A stretch of DNA of 63,715 nucleotides, filler included, from Octopus bimaculoides (taxonomy: Eukaryota): NCBI RefSeq assembly GCF_001194135.2. It is 8 parts of 8 records of this genome, joined end to end, with 100 filler letters (N's around TTAATTAATTAA, not from the genome) between each part and the next. Parts side by side here need not be neighbours in the genome. Positions count along the whole stretch, not along the records: positions 7,786 to 26,773 come from NC_069006.1; positions 26,874 to 30,096 come from NW_026318366.1; positions 30,197 to 32,430 come from NW_026350453.1; positions 32,531 to 43,668 come from NC_068989.1; 4 more parts are not named here. The stretch is one strand, 5' to 3'. A program made the translations under genes and the position numbers. Positions 23,318-36,062 of the stretch are shown in pieces; position 1 is the stretch's first letter; every line of letters starts with the position of its first letter. A model generated the notes under the pieces. It did not search any database, was not told the origin of the DNA, and saw only the letters and a list, made by a program, of their open reading frames with translations.

Positions 23318-23738
23318 ATATAGATGTATGCCTGTCTATCTGTCTATATGTTTATGTATAGTGTGAAAATATGATTTATTTTTATATAGTCATTATCTCG
23401 ATATCATACTTCATTTCATATATTTAGCTCCTATGATTTAAAAAGATATTTATTTTATTATGTTTTATTTATCAAAAGTTTGTCTTGTTTCTTTTTTTCC
23501 TTCTATCAAAATATTTCTTTCATATCTAATGTAAAATAGTATTATTTCTAGAATATTCTTATATCCAAGAGCACTGTTTTTAACTGAGTCACTGTAAATA
23601 ACATTGTTATTCATATGAAAAATGATTTTATAATTCCATATCATACTCTTTACAATTGTAAAACAAAAACAAAACTCCAAAATCAACATAGTTGTTTTCT
23701 TCAATCATGAGGTTTGAAAACCTAAATCTAGGTTGTTT

Positions 23739-23744
23739 AATAAA
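23739..23744 (+). terminator. Candidate XBP1 polyadenylation signal AATAAA (3' UTR about 2.1 kb)
   Basis: AATAAA followed by a T/GT-rich tract (23770-23835). No transcript evidence. Confidence 0.35.
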
Positions 23745-24122
23745 TTTGTTTCTGAAATAAGAAATACATTGTTGTTATTTTATTTTAATTTTTTAGTTTT
23801 TACTTTTGTGTACTTTTTTATACTTTTTTTTTTTAATGTAAATCCAGTTCCCAAGATACACTTAGTTTCATCTTAGATCTTTTTTTTTATTGGAGCTACA
23901 GGACATGAACCAACCTGCTTGCAGCAAAGTATGGCTGAACTTGGGTCCTTGGGGAAAGAATGTAACTCCTTAATGCATATGCTACAAATAATAATAATGA
24001 TAATAATCATCATCATTGTTTAATGTCTGCCTTCCATGCTGGCATGTGTGGGATGGTTTGACATGTGCTGACCAGGCAGGAGCCGGCACCAGACTTTTGT
24101 GCTCCTAGCGATGATGTTGTTG

Positions 24123-24388
24123 TTGGCACTCCGTCGAGGGTTCCAGTTGATCCGATCAACGAAACAGCCTGCTCGTGAAATTAACTTGCTGAGCACTCCA
24201 CAGACACGTGTACCCTTAACGTAGTTCTCGGGGACATTCAGCGTGACACAGAGTGTGACAAGGCTGACCCTTTGAATTACAGGCACAACAGAAACAGAAA
24301 GTAAGAGCGAGAGAAAGTTGTGGTGAAAGAGTACAGCAGGGTTCACCACCATCCCCTGCCGGAGCCTCGTGGAGCTTTAGGTGTTTTC
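24123..24388 (-). mobile_element. SINE family C, truncated by assembly gap
   Basis: High identity to 58953-59334. Confidence 0.8.
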
Positions 24389-24728
24389 NNNNNNNNNNNN
24401 NNNNNNNNNNNNNNNNNNNNNNNNNNNNNNNNNNNNNNNNNNNNNNNNNNNNNNNNNNNNNNNNNNNNNNNNNNNNNNNNNNNNNNNNNNNNNNNNNNNN
24501 NNNNNNNNNNNNNNNNNNNNNNNNNNNNNNNNNNNNNNNNNNNNNNNNNNNNNNNNNNNNNNNNNNNNNNNNNNNNNNNNNNNNNNNNNNNNNNNNNNNN
24601 NNNNNNNNNNNNNNNNNNNNNNNNNNNNNNNNNNNNNNNNNNNNNNNNNNNNNNNNNNNNNCTAATAGTTCATTAATATATCTCATTGAAAGTTAAGAGA
24701 AAAAACTCAATAAAGGATGTAACGTTAC

Positions 24729-24773
24729 CGTGTTTCCACAAAGGCCTGAATAAGGTAAATCAATTTTTCTTAA
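24729..24773 (-). CDS. Possible isolated 45-nt exon (LRKIDLPYSGLCGNT, phase 0-0)
   Basis: Acceptor gttttatgttttag, donor gtaacg, single open frame. Not linked to any model. Confidence 0.25.
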
Positions 24774-25856
24774 CTAAAACATAAAACTTTATACAACTTT
24801 CTCAAGCAAACCGTATATTTCTAGGGATTTTCACCAGTCTTCCTTTGCTTCAGACATAATTTCTGCTGTTCTCTGTTCTATTTTGATTTATTTTTTTCCT
24901 TCATCGTATTCTTTCTGTTAATTATATTATTTTTTTGTATAAATAGATAATATATAACAGTTACCGAACGTGAGTGTATATATACAATCGCCACATTTTA
25001 TTAATATATACATTTTTCGTCACCAGCCGACAAGACGGCTTTACCGAAGTCCCTTCGTTGTATACATATACAATTGTGTCCCCACCGACTTTGTTTCTTC
25101 ATAACTTACGGAAAAATGGATAATTTTTAATGGAATTTGCTACAAGTATCTTTCAGACGGTGTAGATTACGATTATATTGGTGGGAAAAAAAAAGAAGAG
25201 CAATTGGTGGATGCAGAGCCAACTTTCTCTGTTGGATGGTTTGACATGGGTATAGAAAAGAACAATGGAGTCTGCTGGGATTTTACTAAACAAAATTTTA
25301 TTCTTTTCCTACACAAAAACATGAATGTTGTTGCTACGAACGATAAAACGTCAATTTTTTTTATTATTGGTGTAGTCGTAGCAGCAGATAAAGTTGCTTA
25401 TTGTCTGCTAACTTCTGTCGTTCATCTTCCACTGCTCGTGGCCTTGTGTTGTACGCTGTTGGTCAACCCCTGGTGTCTGTCAATTCTTTCTCTGTTGCAC
25501 CCGCAAAGCTCTACGTCTGGTGGGTCCCGACAAACTGAATTTAAACTGATCGATAGGCTCAGAAGGAAGCGTGCTCAAAGAAAAGATTGTCGCTGGAGCC
25601 TGTTTGACTCGAAGTCCTGATTGGTCTGATTTTGTGGACAATATTCTAGCGAATCGTGATATCGGGCGATTGCTGAATATTCCGGCTACACATAGATCCG
25701 GGTTTTTAGAATAAGTACATATCGCGGTTTAAGTGCTGCAAAGAGGAAATGCAAAATTGACTATGGCAGGATTTGAACTCAGTATGTCCAGCTCTGTAAC
25801 TAAATGCCAAAATAAGGTATTTTGTCTGACACTTATGATTCTGTGAATTTACCACT

Positions 25857-25887
<31 letters not shown>

Positions 25888-26109
25888 CAATATAATCCTT
25901 TCTATTATAGGCACAAGGGCTGAAATTTTGGAGGAGGAAGGCAAGTCGATTACATTGACCCCAGTGCATAACTGGTACTTATTTCGTTGACCCTGAAAGG
26001 ATGAAAGGCAAAGTTGACCTCATCTGAATTTGAACTCGGAACGTATCGATAGGCAAAATACTGCTAAGCATTTCGTCCAGAGGGCTAATGATTCTGCCAG
26101 TTTGCCACC

Positions 26110-26144
<35 letters not shown>

Positions 26145-26605
26145 CATAATCATAATCATAATCATAATCAAAATCAAAATGGTAATATCAGAGGATTCAG
26201 ACTTTCTGCAAATATGTTCCCTTGAACACAAGACTATTCACACATACATAGATACACTATTTTATTGTTTTTAGTTTAATCATGTATTGTTTAGAAAAAA
26301 AATAATAAATAAATAAACAAACATGGAATAAGAAAATTAAAAAGAAAAAGAATAATTTTTTGAAACATTTTATATTTTTCATTTTGTTTCTTTTTTTTTT
26401 TCTTTAATTTTTGTTTTATATAATATTTTTAAAATTGAAAAAAAGTAAAAGGAAAAAAATTCAAAAATCTCCATGAGTATGCATTTTGTTATATGTGTGT
26501 GTGTGTGTATGTATGTATATATATGGATACATATATATATATATATATATGTATGTGTATATATATATATATGTATGTGTATATATATGTGTATATATAT
26601 ATGTG

Positions 26606-26637
<32 letters not shown>

Positions 26638-27149
26638 TGTATGTGTATATATATATATGTATGTGTATATATATATATATGTATGTGTATATATATATGT
26701 ATGTGTATATATATATGTATGTGTATATATATATGTATGTGTATATATATATATATATATATGTATGTGTATANNNNNNNNNNNNNNNNNNNNNNNNNNN
26801 NNNNNNNNNNNNNNNNNTTAATTAATTAANNNNNNNNNNNNNNNNNNNNNNNNNNNNNNNNNNNNNNNNNNNNATGATGATGGCTATGATCATGAGGAGA
26901 AGGAGGAGCTGGAGTAGAAGGATAATAATGGTAGTAGATAGTGGACGTTGTGGTTGTAGTGGTGGTGGTGGTGATGAATATGAAGTGGAAGGAGGAGAGA
27001 AGAGTATCCGGTGTGTATTGATAACGATGAAGATGTTATGATGATGATGACGATGAGGCTGATGTTGTTGATACTGATTATTCTAATAATGAGGCGAATA
27101 GCATGTTCACGATGATGATAATGATGATGATGTTGATGATGATGACGAC

Positions 27150-27188
<39 letters not shown>

Positions 27189-27307
27189 AATGATGATGAT
27201 GTTGATAATGATAATGATGAAGATGATGACGACGTTCAGTGGGACTGAACCCGGAAACGTTGTCGGTAAGCAAGCTACTTACCACACAGCCACGGCTGCG
27301 CCTATAT

Positions 27308-27339
<32 letters not shown>

Positions 27340-27810
27340 NNNNNNNNNNNNNNNNNNNNNNNNNNNNNNNNNNNNNNNNNNNNNNNNNNNNNNNNNNNNN
27401 NNNNNNNNNNNNNNNNNNNNNNNNNNNNNNNNNNNNNNNNNNNNNNNNNNNNNNNNNNNNNNNNNNNNNNNNNNNNNNNNNNNNNNNNNNNNNNNNNNNN
27501 NNNNNNNNNNNNNNNNNNNNNNNNNNNNNNNNNNNNNNNNNNNNNNNNNNNNNNNNNNNNNNNNNNNNNNNNNNNNNNNNNNNNNNNNNNNNNNNNNNNN
27601 NNNNNNNNNNNNNNNNNNNNNNNNNNNNNNNNNNNNNNNNNNNNNNNNNNNNNNNNNNNNNNNNNNNNNNNNNNNNNNNNNNNNNNNNNNNNNNNNNNNN
27701 NNNNNNNNNNNNNNNNNNNNNNNNNNNNNNNNNNNNNNNNNNNNNNNNNNNNNNNNNNNNNNNNNNNNNNNNNNNNNNNNNNNNNNNNNNNNNNNNNNNT
27801 GTGTGTGTGC

Positions 27811-27841
<31 letters not shown>

Positions 27842-28262
27842 CACGCATACATATATATATATATACATACATACATACATACATAAACCTGTTTGCTCCA
27901 AATTTTCGTCTTAATAGTCACGCACTCATATATTTCAAATCCAAGGAACAGGCCGTCACTCGCTTTCACATACATTAACATATCAAAAAAAAAACCCAAA
28001 AAAAAATTGGAAAGGAACGGAAATTACACAAAGACAGGAACATACACATCCATGCACTCAATGATTCCACTGAGCTCTCACGCTCTCATACATCTCTTTA
28101 GTAAAAAACGAGCACACACTCACAGACACAGAGCCACAAACAGTAAAACGCATCTTTGGAAAGTCGGTTGAGGGAGCTTAAAATGAAAGATGGGAAGATA
28201 TTATAAAATTTAGAGCTATATCGTCAATGAAATCCTATAAAAAAAAGACTGATTGAACTTAC

Positions 28263-28334
28263 AGATATTTTAAACTGGGCAGATTTTGGTAGGTGCCTGC
28301 TTGGAGTCGCTTGATCTCATTAGAACGCAAGTCA
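28263..28334 (-). CDS. Leucine-rich-repeat exon, 72 nt, phase 2-2 (DLRSNEIKRLQAGTYQNLPSLKYL)
   Basis: Acceptor ctcaattttatgttccag, donor gtaagt. Exactly one 24-aa extracellular-type LRR. Confidence 0.85.
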
Positions 28335-29456
28335 CTGGAACATAAAATTGAGTTAATAAGAAATTGTATACAACATATTTGTGACAGAATTTAGATGATA
28401 GAAGTGATGGAAAGTAGAACACGATGATGATTAATTCCATAAATTGCATGCGCTAATGATGATGTTCATGATGATGATCATAATGATGACGATGATGTTG
28501 ATGAGATGGAGAAGGAGGAGGTTGAGATGGACTGGAAGGTTAATGGTGGTGGTAATTTTGGTAGTAGACGCTGTTGTGGTGGTAGTGAGGAGAAGAGAAT
28601 ATTACATGGGTTTTGGTGATGATGACGAAGATGTTATGATGCTGATGATGAAGGTGATGTTGTTAACGTTGACTATTCTGGTAATGACGGTAGTTAGAAC
28701 GTCTATGATGACGCTGAATATAATATTGATTATGATGACGTTGGAGGGGATGTTAATGTGCGCGATTATTGTGAGTGTTGAAGATTCTGCATTTCGTGTG
28801 TTAATGAATAATGTTGATGATACAGAGGACAATGGTGAACGTGACAAATTTTATGATTGAGAAAGTTGACAATGAAAATGAGAAGTATGACGGCGATAAG
28901 GACATGGAGGAGGACGTCGACAATTTCCTAAGCAGATTTGGTTTCGAATTACATAGTATAGGATTTAAACGGATAGAGAATCGAGCGAATGATACAGAAG
29001 AGAGAAGCTACAGAGAGATCAGGGGAAAAAAACTGAAAAACAAAAAAACAAGGAAGACGTGAAGAAATGCTCCGTGTTTCCTTGTGTGTCTCCATTGTCA
29101 TGTTTTTGTTCCCAACGTTGACCCTCTATAAATGCTAACTTTTATTTTAGAATTTATCGCAGCAACTGTCTTTGAAGACTCATATTGACATTGAATGCTC
29201 GAAAGGAGGAGTAGTTAGACAGCCGACCTCTGATGAAGGGTCCTTTCTTCGTGTTTACTTGTCTTGTTTTCCATTTTGTTCTCGTTGTGTATGTATTTAA
29301 CACGTTTGCTTACGTATTTCGTGTAATTCGCACCGTTGGTGACGTCCTGTACCCATAGATGCATGTATATATATATTTACATACATGCATACACACACAC
29401 ACACACACACNNNNNNNNNNNNNNNNNNNNNNNNNNNNNNNNNNNNNNNNNNNNNN

Positions 29457-29500
<44 letters not shown>

Positions 29501-29827
29501 TTATTTATATATTCCGAATCGAAACAACAGGCCTTTACTCAAATTGACAGACATTAACATACATTAATACACAATTTGGACGAAGACATATTTTACACAT
29601 ACACAGAGACATACACATTCATTCACAAAATGCTTCCCCTGAACTGTCACGATCTCATATATACCATAACTCAGATATGGACACACACTCATACACACAG
29701 ATTCACAAACAATAAAACACATCTTTAGAACGAGAGCTGAGGGGCGTAAAATGAAAGATAGCAAGGTATTACACATTTAGATATATATCGTCAATGAAAT
29801 ATTATAAAAAAGATTTATTCAACTTAC

Positions 29828-29899
29828 AGATATTGTAAACTGTACAGATTTCGGAAAGTGCCCGGTTTGATTTCTTTCAGAGCATTAGAACTCAAGTAT
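29828..29899 (-). CDS. Leucine-rich-repeat exon, 72 nt, phase 2-2 (YLSSNALKEIKPGTFRNLYSLQYL)
   Basis: Acceptor ctcaatttcatgtttcag, donor gtaagt. One LRR, paralogous to 28263-28334. Confidence 0.87.
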
Positions 29900-30864
29900 C
29901 TGAAACATGAAATTGAGTCAAGAAGCAATTGTATAGAACATATTTGTGACTGAATTTGGCTGGAACATTAGATGAGAAATGTGGTGGAATGTAGATCAAG
30001 ATGAATGATTAATTTCTTAAAGTACATGGCGCTGATGATAATGCTCATGATGATGATGATAATTATGATGATGATACTGAGGAGGAGGAGGTAGAGNNNN
30101 NNNNNNNNNNNNNNNNNNNNNNNNNNNNNNNNNNNNNNNNTTAATTAATTAANNNNNNNNNNNNNNNNNNNNNNNNNNNNNNNNNNNNNNNNNNNNACAT
30201 ACATACATATGCCCCATACAGTCGTACACACACAAACACATATCCATACGCAGAAACATAAAGTCCACACGATTTGTTGAGATGGGAAAGCCACAGACAC
30301 ACACACACACACACTCAGAAGCAGATGCATAAAATACAAACACAGTTCACATATATACACTGACTCATACACACATATGCTTACATACATACACACACGC
30401 AGTATCACACATAGTGACACTTAAGCATGCGCACGTATTCAGACTCTCACAAAACACAAAGCAACATACATACAGTGGCCATATATACACACAATTATAC
30501 ACGCCCCACAAACACATATAAATGTTCGCACACTCACTTACTCACACACGCACGCACACATACACACTCAAACACACAGACACACACACACACACACAGA
30601 GAGGAACAAAGGATTTACTAAGATGTGCAAACCATAAATACACACAAGTATATACAAATACACGCACACACGCGCACGCACATGCACACACACAAATATA
30701 CAGACAGACACGAAGACGTAAACACACCTTTAGACACGAATACAATTTATTACATACATACATATATACATACATACACACACATGGTTTGGTGGGATGT
30801 AAAAGTCACAAATACTCACACCTACAAACGCACATGCATGCATGCAGGCGTAAATATACATATA

Positions 30865-30906
<42 letters not shown>

Positions 30907-31800
30907 TATGATTTGGTGTGAAATGAATGACACAAGTACACACACACACACGTACACACACAGGTACATATAGCTATGCATATACAAATACAGACTCACA
31001 CACACTTATATACAGAAATATATACGGACACACATTTACAGACGCATACATACATACATACATACACACACACACGCACGCATACATACATGTACGTATG
31101 CTGATATCTAATATATACACACATGTACATACACACACGACCACACACATTTACGCACACACACACACACACACACACACATATGCATACCCAAATACAT
31201 AGACATACATGTACATACACAAACACACATACGCATACACAAATGTATATTCATACATATGCACAGACATATACATGCGCATGACACAAATGCGTATACA
31301 TACGCNNNNNNNNNNNNNNNNNNNNNNNNNNNNNNNNNNNNNNNNNNNNNNNNNNNNNNNNNNNNNNNNNNNNNNNNNNNNNNNNNNNNNNNNNNNNNNN
31401 NNNNNNNNNNNNNNNNNNNNNNNNNNNNNNNNNNNNNNNNNNNNNNNNNNNNNNNNNNNNNNNNNNNNNNNNNNNNNNNNNNNNNNNNNNNNNNNNNNNN
31501 NNNNNNNNNNNNNNNNNNNNNNNNNNNNNNNNNNNNNNNNNNNNNNNNNNNNNNNNNNNNNNNNNNNNNNNNNNNNNNNNNNNNNNNNNNNNNNNNNNNN
31601 NNNNNNNNNNNNNNNNNNNNNNNNCATACACACATACGTAAATACATGCATGCATGAGCGTATTGGCATATGTTACCTTATGCATACATATGCATATTTT
31701 TAGGGAAGTGGGCGTTTGACCAGCCTCCAGCAAACATATCGTTTCATGCATTCACTGCTGCTGAAGCTCGTGAGTTCGATGTTGTTGTTGTTGTTGTTGT

Positions 31801-31865
<65 letters not shown>

Positions 31866-32635
31866 GGTGATGGTAGTTTTGCTGTTGATTGTTGTTGCTG
31901 CTGTTGTCGAGAACGCAACATGGCCGGATGGTTAAGATGTTCGCTTCGCAATCACTAGATCCTGTGTTCGATCTCATTATGTGAACAATTTGAGAAAAAC
32001 ATCTTTTACCATTTCTTTGGCTTGACACAATCTTCATGAAACGGAAACTGTGCGGAAGCCAATCGGATAGATGATAATTGCCTTTCAAAAGTACAGCCTC
32101 ATCACACATTCTCTCACGTGGATTCTGTCTGAGAATTACGTTAAGCGTATACGTTTCTGTGGAATATTCAACCACTTAATTCAATGGGTAGCTAATTTTG
32201 TTGATCAAACAACTGGATTCTCATCGTTGTATCTGCAGGCATGACTCTGTCGTTAAGAAGCTCGCTTTGCAACCATTAGGTTTCGGGTTCAGTCCCACTG
32301 TCCAACACTTTTGAAAAGTGCTTTCTACTATAATGAACGCAATTTGTGTGGAAGCCTATTATATATATATACTCTTTACACTTTTACTCTTTCACTTGTT
32401 TCAGTCATTTGACTGCGGCCATGCTGGAGCNNNNNNNNNNNNNNNNNNNNNNNNNNNNNNNNNNNNNNNNNNNNTTAATTAATTAANNNNNNNNNNNNNN
32501 NNNNNNNNNNNNNNNNNNNNNNNNNNNNNNAATATATATATATATGGGAGAATATACAAATAATAACAACAGACGAGGACAGGTGGTGTAAATAACAAAA
32601 GTATATATTAGTATGACGCTCGGGAATACGGAAAG

Positions 32636-32672
32636 TCTTTGACGTTTCGAGCTACGCTCTTCAACAGAAAGA
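32636..32672 (-). ncRNA. Minimal type I hammerhead-ribozyme-like motif in a Penelope-type repeat (core variant CUGUUGA)
   Basis: Minus strand TCTTT-CTGTTGA-A-GAGC(GTA)GCTC-GAAA-C-GTC-AAAGA: 5-bp stem I, 4-bp stem II, palindromic ACGU in place of stem III, GUC cleavage triplet. Confidence 0.55.
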
Positions 32673-32871
32673 ATACGGAGACAAGGAGAAAAACACGGAG
32701 AAAAAAAATATGAATTAGAAGCAGATTCAGATATATGAACAAAATCGAACACACATACAGAAGGCATACGTGGGTCTGCTGCGGCCTTTAGACGTAAGAA
32801 AATATACGATCTCTGCACCTGGTGTAAAGACAAAAAATAAAAAATGGAAGTAAGTCGTAGTCAAGCAACTC

Positions 32872-33188
32872 TGCCGTCCGGGACCAATCTTGTGCAACTT
32901 TGATTCCACAAAAGCGTTCTATAGAGGATTAGTGGAGGGGAGGTGCGACAACGATCTCGGGCAGAATCTGGGCGTCGAAGAGGAACACCTGACCCGCCTG
33001 TTCAGGACAACTTTCGGGCCGGGACTTATGGACAACCACCAGAGATCCCTGGCCTGGCAGTACTATCGAGAAGCATTACCCGTTCGGGATAAACTTTACA
33101 GGCACGGTTCGAGACACACCGGACCGACCTGTCCGAGATGCGGTCAGAGCGACGAAACCGTTCTGCCAGCACTCGTGTAGTGTCCAAA
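32872..33188 (+). mobile_element. Tx1/L1-like LINE ORF2 C-terminal zinc-knuckle remnant
   Basis: AWQYYREALPVRDKLYRHG...CPRCGQSDETVLPALV*CP, a zf-RVT-type motif with the His lost and a stop before the final Cys. Confidence 0.7.
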
Positions 33189-34416
33189 NNNNNNNNNNNN
33201 NNNNNNNNNNNNNNNNNNNNNNNNNNNNNNNNNNNNNNNNNNNNNNNNNNNNNNNNNNNNNNNNNNNNNNNNNNNNNNNNNNNNNNNNNNNNNNNNNNNN
33301 NNNNNNNNNNNNNNNNNNNNNNNNNNNNNNNNNNNNNNNNNNNNNNNNNNNNNNNNNNNNNNNNNNNNNNNNNNNNNNNNNNNNNNNNNNNNNNNNNNNN
33401 NNNNNNNNNNNNNNNNNNNNNNNNNNNNNNNNNNNNNNNNNNNNNNNNNNNNNNNNNNNNNNNNNNNNNNNNNNNNNNNNNNNNNNNNNNNNNNNNNNNN
33501 NNNNNNNNNNNNNNNNNNNNNNNNNNNNNNNNNNNNNNNNNNNNNNNNNNNNNNNNNNNNNNNNNNNNNNNNNNNNNNNNNNNNNNNNNNNNNNNNNNNN
33601 NNNNNNNNNNNNNNNNNNNNNNNNNNNNNNNNNNNNNNNNNNNNNNNNNNNNNNNNNNNNNNNNNNNNNNNNNNNNNNNNNNNNNNNNNNNNNNNNNNNN
33701 NNNNNNNNNNNNNNNNNNNNNNNNNNNNNNNNNNNNNNNNNNNNNNNNNNNNNNNNNNNNNNNNNNNNNNNNNNNNNNNNNNNNNNNNNNNNNNNNNNNG
33801 AGAGAGAGAGAGAGCACTTCGCTCTCATGTGTCTATTCTCTGCTGAGGTTACCATGGTCTTTTCCGTAGGCTTTTCTCTCCATGGATAAAGCTAATGTTA
33901 CCCCATTTTACACAATTGACATTTTCTGTGATATACGACCCCCCCCCTTTTCCCCCTAGCGATCCCTTTTGATCGGATTTGTTTGTTTTTTTTTAAAGAA
34001 AAGCTCTACAGTTGTATTTGTCCCCTCTGTGTGCAGCCCTGAGTGGCTAATAAAAGAAAGTTATCTATCTATCTTTCCATCTATCTATCTATCTATCTGT
34101 CAATCTGTCTGTTTGTCTGTTGTCTATCTATCTATCTATCTATCTATCTATTTGTCTGTCTATCTATATACATATACATACAGACACACCATATACAAAC
34201 GATATTCTATATTTAAAATCACTACAACTATTTTTAGACCTGTACATTGGTCAGATTTTGTGTAAACATTATCATTATAATTGTACTTTGTCACTATATC
34301 TATGGGTTTAATTTCTTTCTAACATGCTGAAAATGACACATCACTTTGTGTATGCATTCTTACACTGAGTGAATTGACAGTAGCATCTAACGAGAGACAT
34401 ATTTATACACTCATCA

Positions 34417-34826
34417 TAGGCGTCGGAGTGGCCGTGTGGTAAGTAGCTTGCTAACATACCACATAGTTCCGGGTGCTGTCCACTGTGTGGTATCTTGGGC
34501 AAGTGTCTTCTACTATAGCCTCGGGTCGGCGAAAGCTTTGTGAGTGGATTTGGCAGAGGGAAACTGAAAGAAGCCCGTCGTATATACGTATATATATATG
34601 TATGTGTGTGTGTATATGTTTGTGTGTCTGTGTTTGTATCCCCCCCAACATCGCTTGACAACCGATGCCTGTGTGTTTACGTCCCCATACGTTAGCGGTT
34701 CAGTAAAAGAGACCCATAGAATAAGTACTAGGCTTACAAAGAATAAGTCCTGGGATCGATTTTCTCGACTAAAGGCGGTGCTCCAGCATGGCCACAGTCA
34801 AATGACTGAAACAAGTAAAACAGTAA
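34417..34826 (+). mobile_element. SINE family A, full length
   Basis: Head ggcgtcggagtggccgtgtggtaag, internal microsatellite, 3' end cagtcaaatgactgaaacaagtaaaa. Confidence 0.82.
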
Positions 34827-35120
34827 AAGACTCACCTGACGATGCGCATTTTATACTTTGGTTGTATGTTAATGATAATACAAAATCTGACCGATGTACT
34901 ACAAGTGTGAAAATGTATCAAATTAAAAAAAACATTCGTTCGTTCCATTTCATAATATCTATTTATTATCAATTTTTCGGATACCACAGAATTCTTCATG
35001 TATATCCAGTAGCAGGAGCATTTCCATTGTATACTGATATCAGGTAGCCAATAACTTTTGAGGAGCTTTACATAGTAGTCTACAAGGTTTTTACCCGAAT
35101 CTCATTTAACATCTTACAAA

Positions 35121-35173
<53 letters not shown>

Positions 35174-35489
35174 AGATAGATAGATTACTGGAGCCGTTAA
35201 TAATGACAGGTAGTATGTTACTAAACTTTGTGATAATTATAATCTTTTGGTTTCTGTGAATTAATATTGAATTTGTCCACTTGTAGGTGTTGAAAACTCA
35301 ACTTGATGAACGTTAGTGTTGAAAGTATGAAGGTGTGAATAATCGTGTTAAAACAACTGGAACTAAATTATATTTATCAGTCCTCAATTATCAAAGAGGT
35401 TTGATTCACTTTAATACGTACAATATTTAGTAGTAAGTGATTCAGTCGTTATTTAAATTCTCTACCAAATTTCACAAATGTAGTACACA

Positions 35490-35553
35490 TATGTATTCAA
35501 AGCTAACAAATATGTATTCAAAACTAACAAATATGTATTCAAAACTAACAAAT
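35490..35553. repeat. 21-bp minisatellite, about 3 copies
   Basis: tatgtattcaaa(a/g)ctaacaaa repeated. Confidence 0.8.
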
Positions 35554-36028
35554 ATATGTAAATCCAAAATTATGTTCGTGATCTTGCAAGCAGAATACGT
35601 ACATTTTCTAAAGCTATTCAGTGGACAACAGTTTTAATTTATGCAACAGCTGCGCATTTAAAACATATCTGACATATTCCACTCAAAAGCTACAAATGTA
35701 CATAATAAGCATTATTATTCCCATTCACTGCAAAAGATCTTGGAAAACAATATTTTTTATAGACATACAAAGGCACCAAAATACCTTGGCGTTCTGAATT
35801 TTCAATCTGTAATTTCAAATTATTTCTGCTTTTGTATTTTGCTTAAAGCAGTACATGCATGACGTGTAATGAGTAAATAAGATGAAGTTGAATACATGAT
35901 ACCTTTCACTAAGATGAATATACACGGCATTAGTGGAATAACATGAATATAGTTGAATATATGAAGTAGAAAAAATTAATAGTGGAATAAGTGCATCTAC
36001 AGATTTATATGTATATATACACACACAC

Positions 36029-36062
<34 letters not shown>

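Noticed and set aside
25204-25620. 138-aa plus-strand ORF
   Set aside because: Non-ATG start, no recognisable motif or splice support; probably the antisense shadow of the minus-strand segment.
34836-34898. 63-nt minus-strand exon-like segment
   Set aside because: Its end is an inverted copy of 34241-34277, suggesting a decayed TIR element; no linkable exons.
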